DNA of 63,431 nt, counting the filler, from Rhabdomonas costata (lineage: Eukaryota), in NCBI GenBank assembly GCA_019059605.1. It is 46 parts of 46 records of this genome, joined end to end, with 100 filler letters (N's around TTAATTAATTAA, not from the genome) between each part and the next. Parts side by side here need not be neighbours in the genome. Positions count along the whole stretch, not along the records: positions 1 to 1,282 come from JAHMHO010020777.1; positions 1,383 to 2,664 come from JAHMHO010020778.1; positions 2,765 to 4,046 come from JAHMHO010020779.1; positions 4,147 to 5,428 come from JAHMHO010020780.1; positions 5,529 to 6,810 come from JAHMHO010020781.1; positions 6,911 to 8,191 come from JAHMHO010020782.1; positions 8,292 to 9,572 come from JAHMHO010020783.1; positions 9,673 to 10,954 come from JAHMHO010020784.1; 38 more parts are not named here. The stretch is one strand, 5' to 3'. Shown here piece after piece: positions 1 through 10,954 of this stretch. How positions within the stretch are numbered: position 1 is the stretch's first letter; each line of letters opens with the position of its first letter. A program made the translations under genes and the position numbers. A model generated the notes under the pieces. It was not told the DNA's origin. It ran no database searches and saw only the letters and a list, made by a program, of their open reading frames with translations.

Positions 1-1282
1 TTCTTTTTTGATTTGCCATTGCTGGGAGACGCTTTTGTCGGGGCTGCAACTCTTCCCGTATTTTTGTGCTGTGTTGCCTTCTGTGTTTTATTGTTGCCTT
101 GGTTGAGTTCCCGTGTGTACGTATGTTCTTTCAGAAATCCCGCGAACTGACCATCCGACAGGGTGCGGAGTTCCGTGCCAAGAAGAAGGCCGAAGAGGAG
201 GCCTAAGGTGTGTACCAGCTCAAAGTCGATCAATTGCTTTTTTTCGAATGCAAAAAACCAGCAGAATTTCGTAAATGGGTATGCATTTCCGGGTGGCGTC
301 GATTTCGAAAAACCAAGTCCCACCAGTCAACCAGTGAACTCGCCACAAAAACCGTTTTTCTAAAGAATCTGTGCTCATTTTCGGCTTCCGCAAAATGCAC
401 GCGCGCACCGCGTTGCGCACACCAGGAGAGATCATGGCCCTGCTCAAAAAGACCTTGGGAGTCGAAGATATTGCATTCCTCCCTTCCGTTTTCTTGCGGC
501 TATTGTGGGTTGGACAGCCTGTATTGTCTCTCTCTCCGTGTACGGAGGCACATGGTGCATCTGCTGTTTGCAGCACTTTGTGAGCGGGGCATATATGTGG
601 AAGCCTTGCCCCTCGTGCATTTGTCCGTGTGACTCTTCGTGCTGTCAGGCGCAGCTAGTTTCCGGAGAACCGGCTTTGGGGCGGGAATTCTCCAGTGTTC
701 CCACTTTTCCGCCCTTTCTACCCAGAGTTGTTCAGCTGCCCAGGTCTCACGCTGGTGCTCAAAGTGACTAATCATCCAGCATCCAACCCCTCCCAGCAGG
801 TCCATCTAGTTCCGACCAAGCTTCCACCTTGGTCGACGGAGGTCCCTCTGCCGCAAATACATGCAAATCCGCCAGATCTGCTATTTGCTCCGATGCTCTT
901 GTGGACATACTTCCTCAAAAATGAATTTGGCTCGATTGACCCACAGTCCCACGCAGGTGCGTGGAGTTGCGCATTACAGTGCTTTTACCCTCAACCAACC
1001 CAACTAGCTTCACTAAGATATCATTCAATTGTGCCGCGCCTGCGCGACGGGTGGCGACGTCGAGGGGGAAGGCTTTACAAACGATTGGGCCAGTGTTATC
1101 TTCGGCTCCCCTCTCGTTTTTAAAGGAAACAAGATTAATATGGATTCATTAATCTGCATGCACGAAGGCTAATGGTCCAAAAATTGTTGCCGGCGACCCT
1201 CCTGTTATGGAATGACATGGATTAGAATGCGTATCAAAAGCGCTTGTGTTGGCCTCACTCCTCCTCTCTTTCCCCACCCCAC

Positions 1283-1382
1283 NNNNNNNNNNNNNNNNNN
1301 NNNNNNNNNNNNNNNNNNNNNNNNNNTTAATTAATTAANNNNNNNNNNNNNNNNNNNNNNNNNNNNNNNNNNNNNNNNNNNN
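1283..1382. other. Artificial contig spacer (N44-TTAATTAATTAA-N44); first of 45 copies, one every ~1380 nt
   Basis: Identical 100-nt block with stops in all six frames recurs throughout; the sequence between blocks is ~1280 nt each and unrelated. Confidence 0.99.
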
Positions 1383-2225
1383 GTGAGGGGTTGGGGCAGA
1401 CTTTTGCAGATGGGAACGAGGTGTGCGGGGATTAGAGGAGGGGAGCGCGGGACAAACGCTAGTGCAAAAAGCAATGGAAGGTGGGAATGCGCTGAGAAAC
1501 ATAAGGACGGCGAGATCCTTTCATCATTGACGGTTAACATCCCGCCACGAAAACCTGTTACCTTTCTTCTTGCCTCTTTTGAAGGGTGGAAAAATGTACC
1601 GCACCTGCGAATCCGAAGCACGTGCTTCGCTTTCCAAACTGCATCATCTGCCCTCACTTGAGCGTTTTCTCTTCAAAAGCGGGTGAGGGTGTCGGCATTC
1701 AAAGGGAAAATGAAATGATAAAGGAGCATCGGAATTTAATTGCTGTAGTATCAGAGGGGAGAAAGACTATACTATTCATCACAATCGTCGTGTCCTGCGC
1801 AGTCCTTAAAAAAAACTCGAGCTCAGGCGCTTACCGCTGGGTACGCGCCTCACTCACCGCATGTTCCCGAACCGCATGAGACCATAAACCACCAAACGGC
1901 CCTATACACAGGTGGGAAAATGCTTTGCCCGCGCTGGTTCAGGTAGCCTTTGGGGAAATTAAGCTTGCGCAGCAGCTCACTTGGGGACAACGGGAGGGAA
2001 GCATTGAGAAGACTGGATTGAAGACAGTGGTAGGAGCAAGGTGATTCCCAGTTTCTAAACAAAACGATATCCGTCATCGGATTGAAAATCCCTGCTGACA
2101 GAAAGAAATAAACGTATCGCTGCAGAAGCGGAACTGTCAAGCATCGCCACACACGCACACTTGACTGTGAGGTGCGAGTTACGCCAGCCCACCCTCCCAC
2201 ATGGTATTCTAGGGTTACTGCAACA

Positions 2226-2534
2226 TCAGTACAAGATCCTGACTTTTATCGTCGTCGAGAGCTCCCTCAGCTTCACTCGCAGCTCGTCGCCGAACTTCGC
2301 CTCCACGTCGATCACGACATAACCGATCTGGGAGGTGGTGGAGAGCTGCTGGTAGCTCACGTTCCCTATGCCAGCGATGACGTTGTTGACGGCCATTAGA
2401 ACCCCAGGCACGTTGCGATGGACATGGAGGATACGGTGCTGGCCGGACTTCGGCGGGGGTGGGGCGATGCACGGGAAGTTCACGGCACCATCAGAGTTCC
2501 CTGTGTTCAAGAAGTTCACCAGCTTGTGAGCCAC
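2226..2534 (-). CDS. serA: D-3-phosphoglycerate dehydrogenase, terminal exon with ACT domain
   Basis: VNFLNTGNSDGAVNFP...RILHVHRNVPGVLMAVNNV...QQLSTTSQIGYVVIDVE...TIKVRILY* matches the E. coli/yeast-type PGDH C-terminus; preceded by a ttttgacgccAG acceptor. Confidence 0.92.
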   Translation of the reverse strand: MAHKLVNFLNTGNSDGAVNFPCIAPPPPKSGQHRILHVHRNVPGVLMAVNNVIAGIGNVSYQQLSTTSQIGYVVIDVEAKFGDELRVKLRELSTTIKVRILY

Positions 2535-3657
2535 CTGGCGTCAAAACACACAGAAGAAAACCATTCAATCACATGTGTAAGGTAAGCAAAGTGCTTTGGT
2601 GAGGGAGTGATAACGCATTTGTGAATGTGCATGTGTCCAGGCAACAGTGAGCACCCAAAAAACANNNNNNNNNNNNNNNNNNNNNNNNNNNNNNNNNNNN
2701 NNNNNNNNTTAATTAATTAANNNNNNNNNNNNNNNNNNNNNNNNNNNNNNNNNNNNNNNNNNNNTGTGGGGTGGAAAATGAAACCCTGCTCACAACTTTC
2801 ATGTGCGTGGGTGGGGAGGAGGAGAGGTGATGTTGGCATGAAGGGGTAGAAGAGTTAGAGTTTGAGATCGGGATGCCAGGTGCCAGGTATGTCAGGCCTC
2901 CGGGGCCGCCGTTCCCCACTGCCCCCTCCACTCTGCCCTCCACTCTGCCGCTGCACAGCTCTGCGGGCACCGATGAATGAGGCACCGACATGCCGGCATC
3001 TGCCACACAGAAAAGCGCTGTATTCTTGGTCGGTGTGAGGTCGGTGGTCAAGAGGAGGAGGATTAGACGCACTGGCTTCTATCGCGACTCGAAGTGCAAT
3101 ACAGGCAATTGCTGCGGTGCCCGTTGTGCTGCTTCCCTTCTGTGATGCAATTATTTGGATTGGAGCAGAGGTAGGCCCAGATCTAATCTATTCCTCACTT
3201 GCGGATCCGCCCAGTCAAGAACACCACGGGAAGCATTGCGTGAAAGTGGATGTCAGAGACGCCCCACGCCCGTGCCCGAACCAAAGTTCCTATTAAATAA
3301 GAGTGCGGAAGAAAGAGGATTGTATTGGAAAAACATTGACTTTCGTTACAACCTTTGCCGCAGTAACGGGCAATAGGAGGCATGACGCCCGTTATTCCGT
3401 CATGTTCGCCGCTGCCGACCTCCTGTCTCTTCTCTTTTTCATGTGTGCTAGAGATCAATTACCTCTGATTATAATTTTTTGCTGATTTCGCTGGTGATTT
3501 TTTTTGTTGAATTCCGGAGCAACTTTTTTCTGGTTGAACAGAAGCTGAAGAGCAGAGAGATAGTTGGAGGTCTGCTTCTTTCGTGCAGTTCTGCGGTGAG
3601 GGTTGACGTGAGGAGTTTGTGTGAGTGGAGGGGCGGTCCGCCGCCATCGCAGCAGCT

Positions 3658-3799
3658 ATGGCCACGACGCCTCTGCAGCCGCCGCCCCCACTGCCCCAGC
3701 AGCAGTTCCTGCAGCAGCAGCAGCTGCAGCAGAAGGCTCTGACCCGTGTGGGCGAGCGCTCCTTCGAGCGCATCGAAAGAACGGTCTGGAAGGAAGGGA
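3658..3799 (+). CDS. First exon of a Pro/Gln-rich protein, possibly entering a PH domain (TVWKEG)
   Basis: ATG, GC3-rich codons, MATTPLQPPPPLPQQQFLQQQQLQQK...VWKEG, then a GT donor. Confidence 0.45.
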
Positions 3800-4223
3800 G
3801 TGCTCGTGCGCTCGGCTCACGTACTGCTCTCTTTTGCTGACGTTTGTCGGACGCTATTTTTGCTGTGTTTGCCGTTTCGGGCCCGCTGCTGAGAATGGGC
3901 CAGCTGCATGAGAAGGACATCATGCTGCATCTGCAGATAGTTCTGAAAGTCTTGTTTTTTGTACCTGTCGTTGTCGAATGCCTCGCATCCTTCGGCCCTG
4001 GGGTAGTTGTTTCCCATCAAACGTATAAAAGCGAAAAACAACACCANNNNNNNNNNNNNNNNNNNNNNNNNNNNNNNNNNNNNNNNNNNNTTAATTAATT
4101 AANNNNNNNNNNNNNNNNNNNNNNNNNNNNNNNNNNNNNNNNNNNNGAGTGGGGTATTAAGCATATCTTGGTCTCTACGCTCCCCTCTTTCTTTCTCTGA
4201 TGGCCTCTATGCATGTCCTCTCA

Positions 4224-4336
4224 TTGGGTTTATCTCAGCCTCACCATCACATCTTGCAATAGTGGGTCATGGCATCTCATTCAGTGCATCTGCCCTATGA
4301 ATGCTAGATGTGATGGTGAGGCTGAGATAAACCCAA
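4224..4336. repeat. Internal hairpin: 31-bp perfect inverted repeat with a partly paired 51-nt loop
   Basis: ttgggtttatctcagcctcaccatcacatct (4224-4254) versus agatgtgatggtgaggctgagataaacccaa (4306-4336). Confidence 0.9.
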
Positions 4337-5528
4337 CGGGCTAACCTGGATAGGACACGTTTTAGGACACGAACCAACATGCACCACCATAACCACTACC
4401 ACCAGTGCCACGACCCAATATAGCCACCTTGACACACACAACACTCTGACTCGCCCCATCGGTTATCGGTTCGTTGCAGCTGGTGGACTTGAGCTTGGAC
4501 AGGTGGACCGCACCTTGAACCGTTCATCCAGGGGCCAAAGGACCGTATGAAGGCCCTAAATGTCTGAAGAATGCAACCCCTACTTGAGAGAGCGAAAGGT
4601 GGCCACAAAAATATAAATGATTGCTGGAATTTGTGTGGAGTGAGATAGTGTAATGTGTTTGCGTGTTGACTGGAGTTGTGCAGTTGGGGTCGCAAACATC
4701 CGTTTCCCTTAAACATAGACTAGAAAACAAAAACCCTTAGAAGCCAGGCACCACAACGCTTGGAGTGGGGGTATAAGCACCGCAGGTAGGATGGACATAA
4801 CGAGCGGAGCGACGAAAGCGTAGTGCGTGTGCTGGAGGCCTTCGGAACCTTCACCCTGACCGACGACCATCAAAAGCTCGCTCAAGCCGCTTGCGCCGCC
4901 CTCTTTGAGGCTCTGTTGGAGACCTCCTGTCCCTGATCGCCCACCACTCGCGGGCGCTTGATCGAGCGAGACCCCCCCCCTGTCGTGTGATATTTTGGCA
5001 CACTACCTTTTTGTGGTGGGAAACGGACGTTTCCGAAGGAAATATGTTTTTTGTAAAGGTCTCCCTAATCACTGTCCCTATCTGTCTCAAGCAGTCATCA
5101 AGTCTGCAGTCTTGCTTCAAGTGGCATGGAAGCTGAGGAATTATTCCCCAGGTACCTCTTCACTGAAGCAAATGCCCTTCTCTGCAACGGCAGTGCTCCC
5201 CCAAACAAAGGTTGTCTGTTGGCCCTCTCCCCCAAGTGCAGAAAGACTGCAATGTGTGGGGGCACGCGGGAGTTGATTATCGGAGTTTAACCTTTTTTTT
5301 TATGAAATGATGAGCCTATCAATGGGGTGGCTCCATCCGGGTTGCTTTTGCATCTTTTGTTGTCGCCATGCTGAGCTAAAGGGCGAGAGGGCACTCGTCG
5401 AGCACGCCCTTAAAATAGCAAGAGGAGCNNNNNNNNNNNNNNNNNNNNNNNNNNNNNNNNNNNNNNNNNNNNTTAATTAATTAANNNNNNNNNNNNNNNN
5501 NNNNNNNNNNNNNNNNNNNNNNNNNNNN

Positions 5529-6810
5529 CCCCCTTCATCTCAACTTGTTACACGCTTGCCTCTGGAGTGGCACTCTGAATCACCTCTGGTGCTGCCTCCT
5601 GTGTCACTCTGCGTGGGCTGTGGCTTCGGGGCTGCTCTACCTGATCACCTCTGGTTGATCTGAGCACGGGCTCTGTTGGTCTCTGCAAAATTCTTAGCGG
5701 GACTTTGCCTGGAGCTCTCTGCACAACACTTGCGCTTCCTGGGGTCCTTACTGTGGACGAAGTGGGCCACTTAGGTCGGGCGGTAGCGGCCCTGCCTCCC
5801 GCCCCCACTATTTTGACTGATCTACACTCTTCTGAAATTCTCCAACTGACCACTTCAGTAAACTTCTCTGAACCAACTACGTCTTAGCCAATTCACAATC
5901 CCTATAAAAGTGGCTCGTAATTCCACAATACATACACACTCTTGAAGGGACCTGGGGCTTCGCGTTATCCAAAGTTGAACTCAGAAAAGGTGACTTCTGC
6001 CTGCTCTCTGTGGACGTCGGGCTTGGGGGTCGAAGCGGGGAGACATCTCCCCTCCTGGGAAACGAGGGAATTCTGTCTACCTTCTACCGTCTACCGCTTC
6101 TAGACGGTGAAGGTGATCTGTAACCTCGGCCTCCTCTTCCCGTGAATACTCGACCTCTGAACGCCAACATTCCTCTGGATGGAGTCACCATCCTTTCTGG
6201 AAAAGGCGTACGCGTCGCATTAAATTGTGGCTGTGGAGTGGCGGAAAACATTACTGAACTCGCCGGAACTGTGGCTGCTAACGTTGACAGTGTCGCCATT
6301 TCGAACAAATTTGCACTTCTATGCACAGCACTAACCATACCACTGGAAACTGTGGAATGGGCACCGCTGATATTTCTCTCTCTAGAGGTTAGAAAGGCCG
6401 TAATCACCGAAAGGGGTGCACCCATAACGTATGACGTCTAAATCCATTGACGCACCCACCGCCGCAATTCCTCTCTGAACAGTGCTGTCTGGAACAGACA
6501 CAATCACCTGTGGAGGGGGTATCGGCTTTCTGAAATACTCCCAGGCCCTATCCATCGCCTTTGTAAGGGTCAGTGGATTCTTCGCCATCACTTTGGCCTG
6601 GATGTCCCCTTCCAAACCTCTGACAAACAGATACTGTAAAAGAGGTTCGTTGTCAAACTTCGTCCCCTTCAACATATTCATCCCGGTCACAAACTGCTGA
6701 TGGTATAATTGGATATTCCCCTCCGACATTTTCAATTGCTCCAACCTCCACACAACGTTTTAGTCCCACGTCTGTGCACACAGCCTCCTCTTCAACGTTT
6801 CTACAAACAC
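5529..6810 (-). mobile_element. Degenerate Ty3/gypsy LTR-retrotransposon gag region
   Basis: Gag-like LEQLKM...LYHQQF...YLFVRGLEGDIQAKVMAKNPLTLTKAMDRA and zinc knuckle CMYCGITSHFYRDC (~5895-5937, CX2CX4HX4C); interrupted by in-frame stops and frameshifts. Confidence 0.85.
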
Positions 6811-9672
6811 NNNNNNNNNNNNNNNNNNNNNNNNNNNNNNNNNNNNNNNNNNNNTTAATTAATTAANNNNNNNNNNNNNNNNNNNNNNNNNNNNNNNNNN
6901 NNNNNNNNNNTGTGTTAGGAGAGTTTGGGGTGTTGGGGGGAAATGCACAGGAGGAAATCGGGACATTCTTATTGACAGGGGCGAGCGAAACACAGCGACA
7001 TACAATATGACCAGAGGAGAGGGGTATGAAAAAGTACAGGATCAGATACCTATGAGAATAGGCGCAGGCGTCTGGCGTATGAAATAAAGGTGTACCTCCA
7101 CACATCCACAACTGGCTGCTGCTGTTTCCACTCTGACAGGAAGCAAGTTGGCGCGGGTTTGCAACCCCACAGGTCAAGGGCCGAACGCAACACCTTTCGA
7201 AGAGGACTTGCCCTCAAAGCCTGGGCGCCAGTTTTAGAACGGGTAAAACTGCTCCTACAAGAAGAGCAAATGTCAAATATTGAAGTAAGGTTGGGAAAAG
7301 CAAATGAAGCAGATTTGTCGGCTACTAACTTTTTATATCGGAAACGCAGCCTGTAGCACGTGTCCACGCCAGGTGATGAAAAGAAGAGAGAAATTCACAC
7401 CACTCCTTATACTTAGACACAGAAGAGACAGGATGGTAATACTGCTCGTGCCACCTTGTGTGAGTGGGAAAAGGATACCAATAAGCGACAATCGGACTTA
7501 CAGGGGGTTTAGGGATAGCAACAAAATGTCTCCACTGTCAACCATGTCATGTCTTGAGGGTTCGAAGCTGTTCTGTTCCGCTCATCTTTTGGGGATACAC
7601 AGATTTTGCCTCTCACTTCTCACTATTGGCGTGGCATATACGCGTCATAAGATGCGACTAGAAGCGAAAAGCAGCAGAGCCAGTGTCCAAGGACACAGAA
7701 AACGACATCGTCAACACTGCACTGGGGGCACAGCCACCTGGCCACCGTCGCGTTAAAACGTCTGCATCTCCTGAGAACAGTCCGCGCGGGCTTGGACAAG
7801 AAACATTCTTTTGGAGCCCAATTGTGCGGCCACTTAAAAGAAAAAAGAGTTCCTGGGGAGAAAGTTTGCTCCTTCCATCAACTTCCACACCCTTGTGCGG
7901 CACAGCACACCACGTCTTTGAGAATTCGTGATCACCACCGGAATGCAAGGGGCTGAACTGCTTTATTCTCAATTCAACCTCGCTTGCATCACTGTAGCTC
8001 AGCTGTAGGTACGGGCCGAGCAAAGAGCAGCGCATCCTTCGAATCCGCCAAGAAATGGAAGAGCCGCTCGCTTCATCCACCGCTTCTGTCGGCCACCTGA
8101 GTATCAGAATCCTGAAGGTATTTCCCATCAGTTATGCATCAACATAGGCGATGCTTTTCTTTGCATCAGAGTCCGCTCCTTCCAAACCAACNNNNNNNNN
8201 NNNNNNNNNNNNNNNNNNNNNNNNNNNNNNNNNNNTTAATTAATTAANNNNNNNNNNNNNNNNNNNNNNNNNNNNNNNNNNNNNNNNNNNNTGTTGGTGT
8301 GTTTGGGGGGGGTGTGAGGGAGCCGTTACGTGGGATGTTGGAGCTGGTGGAGTGGAGTAGCAGCATCAGCGTATGCATGAGCCTCACTACATGCATCATC
8401 ACCACTCTCACTGTCATCACCATCACGTATTGGCATGTGGTAGTTGGAGTGGAGGGTAGGACATAGCTTACGGTGCACTATGCCTACAGTACCACCACCA
8501 ACATCACCACTCCTACGGTTGCCATCTCATACTGTGGTTCGGGTTGACAGGCGTGGGTAACAGCAGCCATACCGTTGGTTGTACGCTGATGTCTATTGCA
8601 CCACCATGATACTCCCTAGGGCATCTGCTACCATCACTGGTAACCTGACACCTCAACCACCAACATTGAGCGCATGATTCGGGGCTGTGGTGTGGCATTG
8701 CTGCAGACGCTACCGTTAGCCACTCAGTCAGTTACCTCGTGTGGGTTTATTGTCCCCTACGGTGGGTTTCGCAGGCCCAATGCAGGTTGACCTTGGGTCA
8801 CCTACCCAGCACTACCCAGCACACCCCACGCATCAGTTGAGGGTTCATGTCCACCATTAGAGGTCCTGCAACACAGGCTACATGACTCGCCTCTAACCAC
8901 TACTAACGCATGAGCCTCAGGTGTTGAGTTACGCGCTACGTTGCATAGTCTCACCGTGGTACCTACGTCATCACGTGGTTCGTGTTGGTTCGGTCAGTGA
9001 AACGATGTCAACCAAGGCGTTGAACTTCGGGACGTCTCCGTACTACTCAGGACACTGGGAGCGATCGTCGATACGTTGTGGAGCACGGAAGTAGCGAGGG
9101 GGACAGTAGTGGCATAGCCGTACGCAGCCTTGTTGTTCTAAAGGTATCCCGAGACAGTTCATCATCATGGACGTCACGAGTGACGTCATAAACCACAGCC
9201 AGAAGCACCAAAACGGAGGTCGCAGAGACCGACACAGAACTCACTCCCAACACCACCGTCCACCCAACTCCATCAGCCACTCCACCTCCAACTCCAACAC
9301 AACCTGACACCATCACCCAAGCCCAGACTCCAACAACCGCACCACCAACCGACCCACCAACCAAAGTCAGGCAGAACACAACCAGTAACGAAACACACCC
9401 CAAGACCAACCCACCTACGACACAACTCCACACCATGAACCCAACACCCACCACCACCATCAGCACCAACGCAACCGCAACAAGACCCAGAACCCAACAT
9501 GCACCAACTCCAACTCCAAGAACACAAAGCCCAGCCACCAATCCCAAACACACATAGCCCAAACCTCCAACANNNNNNNNNNNNNNNNNNNNNNNNNNNN
9601 NNNNNNNNNNNNNNNNTTAATTAATTAANNNNNNNNNNNNNNNNNNNNNNNNNNNNNNNNNNNNNNNNNNNN

Positions 9673-10055
9673 GGGTTTGGTGAATTATTATTTTTATATA
9701 AGAATGTAAGATTATTTTTTTTATTTATTTCATGATCTATTAAACTATGTAACATTAACTCGTTATCTAAATGTGGTTGGGCGAACATATTACTATATAT
9801 ATTATATTTATTTTTTATATATTCTTGTATTTTCTTTTCAAGTATATGTTTTTTTACATGTATCCTATTACAATTATATTTTAATACACATCTATTTTGT
9901 TGATAAAAAATACAACAATTTAATATATTTGTTATATTATTTCTTGTTAAATATATCATGTTATCAAATCCAATTGTTGGCTCAATCTCATTGTATGTAA
10001 AATACAAATATTGATCTAGTGGATGGTAATACACTTTATAAATATACTCAGACAT
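9673..10055 (-). CDS. Hypothetical AT-rich intronless protein (3' truncated by contig end)
   Basis: Open ATG-initiated frame rich in N/I/K/Y in a very AT-rich contig. Confidence 0.65.
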
Positions 10056-10166
10056 TGATTGTATACAATAAACTTTTATTTATTTTTTATGAAAGAGTAT
10101 TACGTTTTTATAAATTTGTTTAATTATAATAAATATATAAATTAAATTTTTTATGTAGTGAATGAT

Positions 10167-10697
10167 TCAATTTATCATTTTACAAATAAATATTACATAA
10201 ATTATTTCATTTCTAACATCATTAACATATTTTATTTGTGTTTTACAATTTTGTATCATCTTTTTTATTAATTTTAATATATTATTTAATATCTGTTTTG
10301 TTTTTTCATTTTCATTGTTTAGAGACATACTATTTTCAAATATAAATTCATTTTCAGCTAGTTTATATCTTTTTGATTTACAATCATGAAAATACCAAAA
10401 TTTATCTTCTAATGTTAATTCAGATAATACACAAAATTTTAATAATATTTTTTTAATTTCTTTTTTACTTTGTTTATATGTCATAATCGTTGATTTTGGA
10501 ATGTAATGTTCTAATACAAATTTAATTAATTCTTCTTTGACATTTATATATTTTAAACATTTTGTATACATGTATATCATATCAGTTTTTTCTAAATTTT
10601 GTATGTTATTAATGATGAATTCTGTTAATAAATTTATGTTGTTGTCATGATTACAATGATTCATATTTAAATTGTGTAAATTTATATAATTGTTCAT
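10167..10697 (-). CDS. Hypothetical 176-aa AT-rich intronless protein
   Basis: Complete ATG-to-TGA ORF; such length is unlikely by chance at this AT content. Confidence 0.75.
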   Translation of the reverse strand: MNNYINLHNLNMNHCNHDNNINLLTEFIINNIQNLEKTDMIYMYTKCLKYINVKEELIKFVLEHYIPKSTIMTYKQSKKEIKKILLKFCVLSELTLEDKFWYFHDCKSKRYKLAENEFIFENSMSLNNENEKTKQILNNILKLIKKMIQNCKTQIKYVNDVRNEIIYVIFICKMIN

Positions 10698-10699
10698 TA

Positions 10700-10770
10700 T
10701 TTATTAAAAAAATATTTTTATTTAAATATTTTTTTATTTATTAAAAAATATTTTTTAATTTTTTAATAAA
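10700..10770. terminator. A/T-only intergenic palindromic hairpin (candidate giant-virus-type 3'-end signal)
   Basis: tttattaaaaaa (10700-10711) pairs with ttttttaataaa (10759-10770); perfect palindrome attaaaaaatattttttaat at 10740-10759, directly after the TAA at 10771-10773. Confidence 0.45.
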
Positions 10771-10954
10771 TTAACGATAATTTACGATTTTTGTTTCATC
10801 ATCTTCAATATTTTTAAAACTTTCTTTGTTTGTAGCAATCTCTACATAAGCAAGAATAACAGAGATTAAAATTCCAATAGCACCAGTGGCAGTAATTGCA
10901 TTACTCTTTTCACTTGCATGTAAATTTTTATAAATGATATATATCCAACCAACC
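10771..10954 (-). CDS. C-terminal part of an AT-rich membrane protein (not in ORF track)
   Basis: GYISFIKILHASEKSNAITATGAIGILISVILAYVEIATNKESFKNIEDDETKIVNYR*; hydrophobic stretch, co-directional with the two downstream ORFs. Confidence 0.6.

Noticed and set aside
5529-6810. Stop-codon reassignment suggested by in-frame TAA/TAG
   Set aside because: These stops occur in frameshifted transposon remnants; conserved host genes end at TAA (FEX, AceTr) and TGA (serA, EF1B) and have no internal TAA/TAG.
9047-9562. 171-aa Val/Gly-rich membrane-protein-like ORF on the minus strand
   Set aside because: Openness and hydrophobicity follow from the G/T-skewed strand; no family motif.
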